Below, one piece after another: positions 41,102 to 49,040 of a DNA stretch of 49,336 bases. The stretch comes from a virus (Duplodnaviria > Caudoviricetes). Under the pieces are notes generated by a model, which did not search any database, had not been told where the DNA came from, and was given only the letters and a program-made list of their open reading frames with translations. The position numbers and the translations under genes are program-made. Position 1 is the first letter of the stretch; every line of letters begins with the position of its first letter. The DNA lies in the IMG/VR virus record IMGVR_UViG_3300032332_000936, positions 1-49,336 of that record; one strand, 5' to 3'.

Positions 41102-42350
41102 ATATGTCGATAAGCAATGGTCTGAATGGCAAGAAAAAAATAAAGATACACCAGTTAAACATATTGATGAACAAGAACTCAAAAATATTTTAATTGATGA
41201 TTTGACGTATGCATCTAAAATGGATGTGCGCGAGTATACACTTTATCAAAAATGGTGTGAAGTCAAAGAGCGTTATCCTGTAAATGAAGTCTCTACACTA
41301 TGGGGCGATGAGTTACAGATGGTTTATCCAGAACAGGAGAAACTTATTAAAGAAGTTAAATCTAATTTTTGGATTCCAAATGAGCCAGACGATTACGCAA
41401 AACTTTATCCTGTAATGCAAATTTATAATGGTGAATTGGCAGAAACATGGAATGCAATTCGCACCTTTTCATCTACGATGAAAAACAATTCTAATATTGG
41501 ACGAAATCTTTTCTATACTGTAATCGATCAACAATCTGGCAAATACTTAGGCGTAATCTGTATCTCTTCAGACTTTTTAGATTTAACACCTAGAGATAAT
41601 GCTATCGGGTGGTCTAGAGATGTTAAGACACAACAAGGCATGGTTAATCATACTGCAATTGGATCAACGATTGTTCCTTTGCAACCATTAGGATTCAACT
41701 ATATGGGTGGAAAATTGTTGGCACTTTTGTGTTTGTCCGATACAGTACAATTAGATTGGAAAGTTCGTTATGGTGATACACTAGTTGGTGTTACAACAAC
41801 TTCATTGTATGGAAATACAAAGAGTAATGGTCTATCACAATATGATGGATTAGAACATTGGAATAAAATGGGTTTCTCTTCTGGTTCTGTTGCATTCGAA
41901 CCAACAAGAACAACAAAAAGAATGGTGTTCGATTGGATTAGAGAAAATCATCCACGAAAATATTTTGAATGGTGGGAAGCAAAAAATGTTAGCGGTATGC
42001 CGCTTAAACGTGATCATAAAAATAGATCATTAAATTTTGCATACAGCAAACTTGGAATACCCAAGAATCTTATTCGCACAGAACACCAAAGAGGTATTTA
42101 CTTCTCACCATTGTATAAAAATACATTCGAATATCTTCGTAAAGAAATAACAGATAAAGATTTGATCAAATCTTTTGACACTTCTACTGAATCATTGACA
42201 GATATTTGGAAAACAAAATATGCAAAAGGAAGGATTTCAATGTTAAAAAAGAAGAATACAGTTTCATACGAATCGTTGTTTTATGATGATCTTATTTACC
42301 TTTCTTGGGAAGAAACTAAGTCACGATATTTACCTCAAGTCGGTCGTTAA
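41085..42350 (+). CDS. DUF4338/DruA-like protein
   Basis: GRNLFY...GKYLG, RDNAIGW, GGKLLAL and TTTSLYG motifs, recalled from that family. Confidence 0.65.
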   Translation: MATPVEYVDKQWSEWQEKNKDTPVKHIDEQELKNILIDDLTYASKMDVREYTLYQKWCEVKERYPVNEVSTLWGDELQMVYPEQEKLIKEVKSNFWIPNEPDDYAKLYPVMQIYNGELAETWNAIRTFSSTMKNNSNIGRNLFYTVIDQQSGKYLGVICISSDFLDLTPRDNAIGWSRDVKTQQGMVNHTAIGSTIVPLQPLGFNYMGGKLLALLCLSDTVQLDWKVRYGDTLVGVTTTSLYGNTKSNGLSQYDGLEHWNKMGFSSGSVAFEPTRTTKRMVFDWIRENHPRKYFEWWEAKNVSGMPLKRDHKNRSLNFAYSKLGIPKNLIRTEHQRGIYFSPLYKNTFEYLRKEITDKDLIKSFDTSTESLTDIWKTKYAKGRISMLKKKNTVSYESLFYDDLIYLSWEETKSRYLPQVGR

Positions 42351-42367
42351 GTTTACCAGAAAACCGC

Positions 42368-42396
42368 TTGACAAATTTACTATATAATAGTATAGT
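42368..42396 (+). promoter_or_regulatory. Sigma70-type promoter
   Basis: TTGACA-17 nt-TATAGT. Confidence 0.8.
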
Positions 42397-42443
42397 GTTA
42401 TATCTCGAAAGAGATTTTTTAAAATGTTTAAGGAGAAAATAGA

Positions 42444-42710
42444 ATGGAAAAATTGCCAGTTAAAGAACGTATGCTTGCAACACTCAAACAAACCGAAGGT
42501 TATAATACCTTTACTGTAAAACAGGCTCAACGTCGTTTCGGCATTAAAAATGTTAGCGCACGAATTCACGAACTTCGTCAAGATGGACATTGCATTTATC
42601 GTAATACCCGTACTCTTAAAGACGGTCGCAAAATCAATTTCTATCGTCTTGGTGCGCCAACTAAAGCTTTAGTTCAAACTGCATTGAAAGCAGGATATTC
42701 ACTCGGTTAA
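42444..42710 (+). CDS. Small basic winged-HTH DNA-binding protein
   Basis: FTVKQAQRRFGIKNVSARIHELRQDG...FYRLG, with AAGGAG SD. Confidence 0.65.
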   Translation: MEKLPVKERMLATLKQTEGYNTFTVKQAQRRFGIKNVSARIHELRQDGHCIYRNTRTLKDGRKINFYRLGAPTKALVQTALKAGYSLG

Positions 42711-42730
42711 TTTTAATTCCGAGAAAACAG

Positions 42731-42751
42731 AAGGGCAGAAATGCCCTTTTT
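42731..42751 (+). terminator. Rho-independent terminator
   Basis: AAGGGCA-GAAA-TGCCCTTTTT. Confidence 0.8.
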
Positions 42752-42772
42752 CTATAACATTGTGGAGATAAA

Positions 42773-43570
42773 ATGGAAATTAAAATTAATATCGATGACT
42801 TGAAAAAGAAAAGTCTATTTGTTGCGACACCAATGTACGGCGGAATGAATCATGGACTTTATATGAAATCTTGCCTTGACCTACAAGGCATGTGCCTACA
42901 ATATGGAATTCAAATTAAATTTTCATTCCTTTTTAATGAATCCTTGATTACAAGGGCCCGGAATTATCTTGTTGATGAATTTCTAAATCGTTCTGACTCA
43001 ACACATCTTCTATTTCTAGATTCTGACATTAGCTTTGATCCAAAAGATATCGTTGCAATGTTAGCTTTAGATAAAGAAGTTATTGGTGCACCTTATCCAA
43101 AGAAAGCGATCAAATGGCGTGCCGTAAAAAGAGCAATGGAAAAGAACCCTGAAATTGATTCTGGAACACTTGAAAAAGTTACTGGTGACTATGTGTTTAA
43201 TCCAGTTAAAGGTACTGCACAGTTTTCAGTTTCAGATCCACTTGAAGTGATGGAAATTGGTACAGGTTTTATGATGGTAAAACGTGAAGTTTTCCCAAAA
43301 TTTGCTGAACACTATCCAAATCTTAAATATAAACCAGATCACGTTGGTCAAGCACACTTTGACGGTTCTCGTTATATTCATGCATATTTTGATACTGTGA
43401 TTGATGAAGTGTCTGAACGGTATTTGTCAGAAGATTATATGTTCTGCCAATGGTGGCGTAATATGGGAGGTCAAATCTGGCTTTGCCCATGGATGCGTAC
43501 TACACATATTGGAACTTATCACTTTCAAGGAGATATGCCCGCTGTGGCTAATTATGTCGGAGAAATGTAA
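42773..43570 (+). CDS. GT-A (GT2-like) putative glycosyltransferase
   Basis: ATPMYGG, ESLITRARN, FLDSD, YPKK, GTGFMM, SEDYMFC and HIG. Confidence 0.75.
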   Translation: MEIKINIDDLKKKSLFVATPMYGGMNHGLYMKSCLDLQGMCLQYGIQIKFSFLFNESLITRARNYLVDEFLNRSDSTHLLFLDSDISFDPKDIVAMLALDKEVIGAPYPKKAIKWRAVKRAMEKNPEIDSGTLEKVTGDYVFNPVKGTAQFSVSDPLEVMEIGTGFMMVKREVFPKFAEHYPNLKYKPDHVGQAHFDGSRYIHAYFDTVIDEVSERYLSEDYMFCQWWRNMGGQIWLCPWMRTTHIGTYHFQGDMPAVANYVGEM

Positions 43571-44238
43571 TGATTGTAGGATTCGTCGGGTTTATTGGTT
43601 CAGGTAAAGGAACTGCTGGTGACATTCTAAAAGAAATTGGATTCGAAAAACAAAGTTTCGCGGGTCCAGTCAAAGATACTGCTTCAGTTATGTTTGGTTG
43701 GCCGCGACATCTTTTAGAGGGCGATACAGAAGAATCACGAAAATTTCGTGAAGAATATGATCCTTTTTGGTCTAAAAAATTTGGCTATGAATTTACGCCT
43801 AGAATGGCATTGCAAAGAATTGGAACAGAAGTAGGTCGAGATATTTTCAATGAAAATATTTGGATCAATATCTTAGAAAAAAAGATTGACAAGAATAAAA
43901 ACTATGTCATTACGGATGTTAGATTTGCAAATGAAATGAAATGGATTCAAAAACAAGGTGGAATTCTTATTGAAGTCAAAAGAGGAAAAAATCCTGATTG
44001 GTTTGAAATTGCTTTTGAAGCAAATCAAGGATGTAAAAAATCTGAGTCTTTAATGTATGAAACTGGCGTGCATGAATCTGAATGGAAATGGATAGGAAAT
44101 TTTATCGATGAATCAGTTGAAAATAATAATTCAAAAGAAACATTGAGAGACAATATCTTTTCTATATTGACATTCTACCTAGGACCTAGTAGAATGAAAG
44201 AACTTTTACATAATGGAGAAATTAATGAAGTTGTCTAA
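43570..44238 (+). CDS. gp1: Deoxynucleoside monophosphate kinase
   Basis: GFIGSGK, TPRMALQ..GTE, TDVRF.NE and HESE. Confidence 0.88.
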   Translation: MIVGFVGFIGSGKGTAGDILKEIGFEKQSFAGPVKDTASVMFGWPRHLLEGDTEESRKFREEYDPFWSKKFGYEFTPRMALQRIGTEVGRDIFNENIWINILEKKIDKNKNYVITDVRFANEMKWIQKQGGILIEVKRGKNPDWFEIAFEANQGCKKSESLMYETGVHESEWKWIGNFIDESVENNNSKETLRDNIFSILTFYLGPSRMKELLHNGEINEVV

Positions 44239-44893
44239 TGAAACTCTGACCGTCTTGAAGAACTTTTCTTCTATCAATCAAGGCATTCAGTTTAAAACTG
44301 GCAGTAAACTAACAACTGTTTCTGCTGGTAAAACCGTATTGGCGCAAGCTATTCTTAAAGATAGTTTTCCTAGAGATTTTTGTGTCTATGATTTGAATCA
44401 GTTCCTTTCAGTTCATTCTTTATTTAAAGATACGGCAGAAATTGATTTTGATGAATCTAATGTCATTTTTAAAAATGGACGTAATAAAGTCAAATATCGT
44501 ATGACTGCAAAAGAAATGATTGTAACACCGCCAGAGAAAGAAATTAATTTGCCTTCTGTTGATTGTAATTTTAATCTTTCTGTAGAAGATTATGATTCGA
44601 TTATGAAAACTGCGAGTGTACTTTCTTCACCGCATATTGCAATTCAATGTGATGGTGAAAATATTGAAATGGTGGCATTTGATGCCAATGATAATTCTAC
44701 ACACACCAATTCAATTTCTGTTGGTGCAGATGATAAGAAATATAAAATTGTTTTCAAAACAGAAAACATTAAAATGATTCCTGGAACTTATGAAGTTAAA
44801 ATCTCGTTCAAGGGCATCGGTCATTTTAAAAATGTGAAAGAAGATATCCAATATTGGATTGCTTTTGAGGCGAAAGATACCGTCGTCGGTTAA
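44225..44893 (+). CDS. gp45: Sliding clamp gp45
   Basis: MKLSNETL.VLKNFSSIN, YDLNQFL and YWIA.E. Confidence 0.92.
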   Translation: MKLSNETLTVLKNFSSINQGIQFKTGSKLTTVSAGKTVLAQAILKDSFPRDFCVYDLNQFLSVHSLFKDTAEIDFDESNVIFKNGRNKVKYRMTAKEMIVTPPEKEINLPSVDCNFNLSVEDYDSIMKTASVLSSPHIAIQCDGENIEMVAFDANDNSTHTNSISVGADDKKYKIVFKTENIKMIPGTYEVKISFKGIGHFKNVKEDIQYWIAFEAKDTVVG

Positions 44894-44920
44894 TTTTGTT
44901 ATATATTATGGAGATTTTGA

Positions 44921-45859
44921 ATGAACGATCATATTTTGTGGGTAGAAAAATATCGCCCGAAGAAAGTTGAAGATTGTATTCTTCCCGAATTTATTAAGAA
45001 CACTTTTCTTGAGTATGTAAACAAGAAAGAGATTCCTAATCTTTTGCTTTCTGGCACCGCAGGTGTTGGTAAGACTACCGTAGCAAAGGCACTATGTAAT
45101 GAGGTTGGTTGTGATTTTATTGTTATCAATGGTTCTGATGAATCAGGAATCGACGTACTACGCAATAAAATTAAAAACTATGCCTCGTCCGTGTCCTTGT
45201 CTGGAGGTCGAAAGGTCATCATCATTGATGAGGCGGATTATCTAAATCCCAATTCGACTCAACCTGCGTTGCGTGGTGCAATTGAAGAATTTGCATCAAA
45301 CTGTTCCTTTATCTTTACTTGCAACTATAAGAATAGGATTATCGATCCAATTCATTCACGCTGCACAGTAATTGATTTTAAAATCAATGGTTCTAAACAA
45401 AAACTCGCAGCACAATTTTTTAAACGTGTAGAATATATTCTTACACAAGAAAATATTGGTTACGATAAGAATATTATTGCAGCAGTAATTACAAAACACT
45501 TTCCAGACAATCGTCGTGTTCTTAATGAATTGCAAAGATATTCTGTTTCTGGTGTCATTGTTGATACAGGCATTCTCAACAATGTTTCTGATATTCAAAT
45601 TGATACACTAATCAAATCATTGAAAGAGAAAGACTTTGGCGGATGCCGCAAATGGGTCACCAACAATTTAGATAATGATCCAGTTAAAATCTATCGCAAA
45701 CTATATGACTCATTGTATGAGTTGTTAAAACCAAATACAATTCCTCAGTTGGTTCTGATTCTTGCTAAGTATCAATATCAAGCAGCATTTGTTGCTGACC
45801 ATGAAATTAATACTGTTGCCTGTCTAACTGAAATTATGGTTGATTGCGAGTTTAAATAA
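44921..45859 (+). CDS. gp44: Clamp loader large subunit gp44
   Basis: WVEKYRP, GVGKTT, DEAD and SRC. Confidence 0.95.
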   Translation: MNDHILWVEKYRPKKVEDCILPEFIKNTFLEYVNKKEIPNLLLSGTAGVGKTTVAKALCNEVGCDFIVINGSDESGIDVLRNKIKNYASSVSLSGGRKVIIIDEADYLNPNSTQPALRGAIEEFASNCSFIFTCNYKNRIIDPIHSRCTVIDFKINGSKQKLAAQFFKRVEYILTQENIGYDKNIIAAVITKHFPDNRRVLNELQRYSVSGVIVDTGILNNVSDIQIDTLIKSLKEKDFGGCRKWVTNNLDNDPVKIYRKLYDSLYELLKPNTIPQLVLILAKYQYQAAFVADHEINTVACLTEIMVDCEFK

Positions 45860-46251
45860 TGTCTGATTTATTTAAAGACATTATACCATCAATTCTTCAA
45901 ACAAAAAAAAATGTTTTAATTGAAGAACAAGATATTAAGGACTATAAACCTTTTATTGTAAATCGTGCTTTATCTTATCACATTGATTGTGTTGCATATG
46001 CAAATGAAATGAATCTTTATGCAAATATTGATTCGGATATGCAATATAATTATTTTCTAAATAGTATTAGGCCTATGAAACGCAAGTTTCAACCGTGGCA
46101 AAAAACGGAGGCCAATAGAGACATAGAATGTGTTAAGAAATATTTTGGTTATTCAAATCAGAAAGCCAAAGATGCTTTGCGTATTCTAAGTGATGATCAG
46201 ATCGCTGAAATAAAAGCAAAAACAGATAAAGGCGGAGTGAACAAATCATGA
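45859..46251 (+). CDS. gp62: Clamp loader small subunit gp62
   Basis: Y.PFIVNRALS, ANEMN, QY.YFLNSI and YFGYS..KA. Confidence 0.9.
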   Translation: MSDLFKDIIPSILQTKKNVLIEEQDIKDYKPFIVNRALSYHIDCVAYANEMNLYANIDSDMQYNYFLNSIRPMKRKFQPWQKTEANRDIECVKKYFGYSNQKAKDALRILSDDQIAEIKAKTDKGGVNKS

Positions 46252-46655
46252 TTTTAATTAAAGATTTAGTTGAGGTATTATTAGAAGATAAGGATGATTT
46301 TCTTAAAGTCAGAGAAACATTAACACGAATTGGTGTTGCTTCTAAAAAAGAAAAAACTTTATACCAATCTTGTCATATTCTACACAAACAAGGTAAATAT
46401 TACATCGTACATTTTAAAGAAATGTTTGCATTGGATGGAAAACCAACGGACATTTCAGAAAATGATTTATCTCGTAGAAATGCAATTATTAAATTGTTAC
46501 AGGATTGGGGTTTGATTAAAATCATAGAACAATATAAGATAGAAAATCCTCCACCAATTTTTTTGTCCCAAATTAAAATTCTTTCGCACAAAGAAAAAGG
46601 TGACTGGCAATTAGTACCAAAATATAATATTGGTAAAAAACCACAGACCGCTTGA
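46248..46655 (+). CDS. regA: Translational repressor RegA
   Basis: DFLKVRETLTRIG, LYQSCHILHKQG.YYIVHFKE and KYNIG. Confidence 0.95.
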   Translation: MILIKDLVEVLLEDKDDFLKVRETLTRIGVASKKEKTLYQSCHILHKQGKYYIVHFKEMFALDGKPTDISENDLSRRNAIIKLLQDWGLIKIIEQYKIENPPPIFLSQIKILSHKEKGDWQLVPKYNIGKKPQTA

Positions 46656-46680
46656 CACCGTTATAAATATGTAGTACACT
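46652..46680 (+). promoter_or_regulatory. Composite promoter: sigma70 TTGACA-17-TACACT with late TATAAATA (46662-46669) in the spacer
   Basis: Both motifs are read directly upstream of hsp20. Confidence 0.7.
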
Positions 46681-46687
46681 ATGTACA

Positions 46688-46741
46688 GTTACGCCTCCGG
46701 GGTAACATTTTTTAACTCGCTTATTTAAGGAGAAACTTATG
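46688..46741 (+). promoter_or_regulatory. ROSE-like RNA thermometer in the hsp20 5' UTR
   Basis: CTC(G)CTT-ATTT-AAGGAG hairpin (46716-46732) pairs the SD with a bulged G in the UCGCU motif. An upstream cUCCGg hairpin spans 46688-46706. Confidence 0.65.
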
Positions 46742-47203
46742 ACACACTTATCCCTTCGTTCGCCTTTTGATATGTTCAAAGATTTTGATAAGTTTTATGT
46801 TGGATTCGACGATCAATATAATCGACTATCAAAATTGCATGATGATTTGACCAAAAACATTCCAAATTATCCTCCATACAATATCAAGAAAACAGGTGAA
46901 AACACCTATTCGATTGAGATTGCCGTGGCAGGTTTTGGCACACAAGACATCGAAATCGAATTGGCCGATAATAAACTTATCGTAAAAGGTAATGCATCTT
47001 CTGATGAAACATCTGAAAACTTCCTTTTCAAAGGAATTGCTAATCGTGCTTTCACTCGTCAATTTGCACTCAACGATCAAGTTGAAGTTCAGAATGCTGA
47101 AATGTTTAATGGTATGTTGAAAATCTTTTTGGAGAAAATTATTCCAGAACATCGAAAACCAAAAAAGATTGAGGTCAAAGCACCAAAAGCAGGAGCACTA
47201 TAA
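46739..47203 (+). CDS. Small heat shock protein Hsp20 (IbpA-like)
   Basis: NYPPYNI, IEIAVAGF, KGIANRAFTRQF, NGML and PKKIEV. Confidence 0.93.
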   Translation: MTHLSLRSPFDMFKDFDKFYVGFDDQYNRLSKLHDDLTKNIPNYPPYNIKKTGENTYSIEIAVAGFGTQDIEIELADNKLIVKGNASSDETSENFLFKGIANRAFTRQFALNDQVEVQNAEMFNGMLKIFLEKIIPEHRKPKKIEVKAPKAGAL

Positions 47204-47367
47204 TGATTAAGACGTTACAAAACATTTTTTGTTCTGTGTTTGAAGGTCTAAAAAATATGCAAATGTATAATGACAAAGGATTTATTCAAGAATATTTGAA
47301 TAAATCTGTGGATGAAGCAGACCTTGAATATCGAATGAAATATCTAAAAACGAAAAATCATTTGTAA
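47203..47367 (+). CDS. 54-aa protein resembling DUF3563, not in the ORF track
   Basis: Hand translation ...QEYLNKSVDEADLEYRMKYL.... TAATG coupling to hsp20. Confidence 0.55.
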   Translation: MIKTLQNIFCSVFEGLKNMQMYNDKGFIQEYLNKSVDEADLEYRMKYLKTKNHL

Positions 47368-47376
47368 TTAGATGTT

Positions 47377-47398
47377 GCGTGGTGGCAACACCACGCTT
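47377..47398 (+). terminator. GC-rich hairpin, probable terminator or processing site
   Basis: GCGTGGTG-GCAA-CACCACGC perfect 8-bp stem with only a weak U-tract. Confidence 0.5.
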
Positions 47399-47425
47399 GC
47401 CCATTTAACTCTTTTATGATATACT
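47397..47425 (+). promoter_or_regulatory. Sigma70-type extended -10 promoter ahead of the tRNA region
   Basis: TTGCCC-17-TATACT with TG at 47417-47418. Confidence 0.6.
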
Positions 47426-47434
47426 GTATTCAAG

Positions 47435-47626
47435 ATGAAAAAAAGTAAATATGAGATGGACAAATTGGTAAAATTTAAAAACGTCTTTAGTCAAGATGTT
47501 GTATTTTCTTCTGCCGATTGGCCTATTAAAAACATAGATGGTGTTATTTTTGTTGGAGTTAAAATTTCGGAATCTGATAAACAAATTAAATGGATGCGTA
47601 AAGATTCTTTAGAACGCACTCGTTAA
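47435..47626 (+). CDS. Hypothetical protein
   Basis: 63-aa ORF downstream of the promoter. Confidence 0.55.
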   Translation: MKKSKYEMDKLVKFKNVFSQDVVFSSADWPIKNIDGVIFVGVKISESDKQIKWMRKDSLERTR

Positions 47627-47632
47627 ACTTTT

Positions 47633-47708
47633 CCGTCTGTAGCTCAGTGGATAGAGCAATCGGCTTCTACCCGATCGGCCGGCCGTTCGAATCGGTCCAG
47701 GCGGGCCA
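47633..47708 (+). tRNA. tRNA-Arg(UCU)
   Basis: Acceptor CCGTCTG/CAGGCGG, anticodon arm ATCGG-CTTCTAC-CCGAT, TTCGAAT loop, encoded CCA. Confidence 0.9.
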
Positions 47709-47726
47709 ATTTAAAAGGAGAACTGT

Positions 47727-47858
47727 ATGAAATATGAATGTCAAGTATGTAATCATATCCACGATGAAGAAGTTGATGGTAAATTTGAAGATTTGCCAAT
47801 GTTTTATCTTTGTCCAAGTTGCGGTTGCCACAAAGATGAATTTGTTCTTATTGAGTAA
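47727..47858 (+). CDS. Rubredoxin-like protein 1 (43 aa), not in the ORF track
   Basis: MKYECQVCNHIHDEEVDGKFEDLPMFYLCPSCGCHKDEFVLIE, with CxxC...FEDLP...CPxCG and AGGAG SD. Confidence 0.85.
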   Translation: MKYECQVCNHIHDEEVDGKFEDLPMFYLCPSCGCHKDEFVLIE

Positions 47859-47871
47859 TTGATTTAAGTAT

Positions 47872-47946
47872 TCCCTGATAGCTCAGCGGTAGAGCGCCGG
47901 ACTGTTAATCCGTCGGTCCCTGGTTCGATCCCAGGTCGGGGAGCCA
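47872..47946 (+). tRNA. tRNA-Asn(GUU)
   Basis: Acceptor TCCCTGA/TCGGGGA, CTGTTAA loop, TTCGATC, GCCA end. Confidence 0.9.
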
Positions 47947-47955
47947 AATTTAAAT

Positions 47956-48050
47956 GGTAGACGGCGCTGGTGCGCGGCGGAGACTTATAAACTCTGGAGA
48001 CTGGTCAGATGGGCTGGAACGGTAGGGTTCGAATCCCTAGTCTACTACCA
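47956..48050 (+). tRNA. Atypical 95-nt tRNA with UAU anticodon and long variable arm
   Basis: Acceptor GGTAGAC/GTCTACT + ACCA, T arm TAGGG-TTCGAAT-CCCTA, loop CTTATAA, D arm GCGC-TGGT-GCGC. Confidence 0.7.
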
Positions 48051-48055
48051 ATTAT

Positions 48056-48131
48056 GCCTCAGAAGCATTGATGGCGATGCACCGGATTTGTAACCCGGAG
48101 ATAGTCCGTTCGATTCGGACCTGGGGCACCA
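48056..48131 (+). tRNA. tRNA-Thr(UGU)
   Basis: Acceptor GCCTCAG/CTGGGGC, TTTGTAA loop, GTCCG-TTCGATT-CGGAC, ACCA end. Confidence 0.88.
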
Positions 48132-48134
48132 CAT

Positions 48135-48617
48135 ATGGAACTTTTTATGTATAATAAAAAAATTGATTTGAATAAAGTTAAAGAATATGTGGAAAATTGT
48201 GATCCGGAAACAAAAATATATCTTGGTTGTGATTCGGAAAGAATTAATGTAAAAGGTGTTTGGTATGCAGATTATGTCATAGCAGTTGTAATACACATTA
48301 ACGGTAATAATGGATGTAAAATTTTTGGTCAAGTTACCAGAGAAAAAGATTTTGATAAGTCAAACAAAAAACCAAGAATGCGCCTGATGACCGAAGTATA
48401 CAAAGTAGCAGAAATGTATCTACAATTAGCGGCAATCATCGAGAATGATATAGAAGTACATCTTGACATTAACGCAAATGAGGTGTATAATTCTAATATA
48501 GTGATCAATGAAGCGATAGGATATATAAAAGGCATGTGTAATGTTGTACCGTTGATCAAACCAAATGCATTTGCGGCATCGTATGCTGCTGATAGATTAA
48601 AGAGTTTAGTTGCTTAG
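48135..48617 (+). CDS. RNase H-like YkuK (DUF458) family protein
   Basis: IYLGCDS, RLMTEV, EVHLDIN and KPNAFAASYAAD. Confidence 0.8.
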   Translation: MELFMYNKKIDLNKVKEYVENCDPETKIYLGCDSERINVKGVWYADYVIAVVIHINGNNGCKIFGQVTREKDFDKSNKKPRMRLMTEVYKVAEMYLQLAAIIENDIEVHLDINANEVYNSNIVINEAIGYIKGMCNVVPLIKPNAFAASYAADRLKSLVA

Positions 48618-48621
48618 TTAT

Positions 48622-48695
48622 GCCGGGATGATATAGTGGTTAATATCCAGGGTTCCTTCCTGGTACGGAGTGTTCGATTCCTCCTCCCGGCTCCA
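48622..48695 (+). tRNA. Atypical tRNA-Gly(UCC)-like RNA
   Basis: Acceptor GCCGGGA/TCCCGGC + TCCA, CCAGG-GTTCCTT-CCTGG arm, bulged T stem. Confidence 0.6.
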
Positions 48696-48699
48696 TATT

Positions 48700-48773
48700 G
48701 CGGAATTAGTTTAATGGTAAAACTGTAGATTTCCAATCTCCTGTCATCGGTTCGATTCCGATATTCCGCTCCA
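48700..48773 (+). tRNA. tRNA-Gly(UCC)
   Basis: Acceptor GCGGAAT/ATTCCGC, TTTCCAA loop, ATCGG-TTCGATT-CCGAT, TCCA end. Confidence 0.9.
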
Positions 48774-48793
48774 GTTTTTATAAAGGATGTTTT

Positions 48794-49033
48794 ATGGCTT
48801 ATATTCCGTTGAATAAAAATGTGATTGTTGAACGCAAGGCACCAGAAAAAGTTTCTACTGGTGGGATTATTTTAAAAAGTTCGATGGATCCAGATCGCGC
48901 AGTTGTTGTTGCAACATCAGATGATTCAGTAAAAGTTGGCGAAGAACTTTTAATCGATTGGAATAAAGCCTATAAAATTGAAAAGGAAACTTATAAAATT
49001 CACATCGATAATGTAATTGGTGTGTTTGATTAA
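48794..49033 (+). CDS. groES: GroES/Cpn10-like co-chaperonin
   Basis: IPLNKNVIVER...STGGIIL...AVVVA...VKVGE...VIGV. Confidence 0.8.
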   Translation: MAYIPLNKNVIVERKAPEKVSTGGIILKSSMDPDRAVVVATSDDSVKVGEELLIDWNKAYKIEKETYKIHIDNVIGVFD

Positions 49034-49040
49034 ATTAAAT

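Noticed and set aside
23982-46655. Introns, inteins or homing endonucleases in core T4-like genes
   Set aside because: gp17, gp20, gp23, uvsW, gp46 and gp44 are continuous and of ordinary length, and no HNH, GIY-YIG or LAGLIDADG motifs were noticed.
48045-48559. Minus-strand ORFs over the tRNA-Thr and YkuK-like gene
   Set aside because: They overlap well-supported plus-strand features and contain no recognisable motifs.
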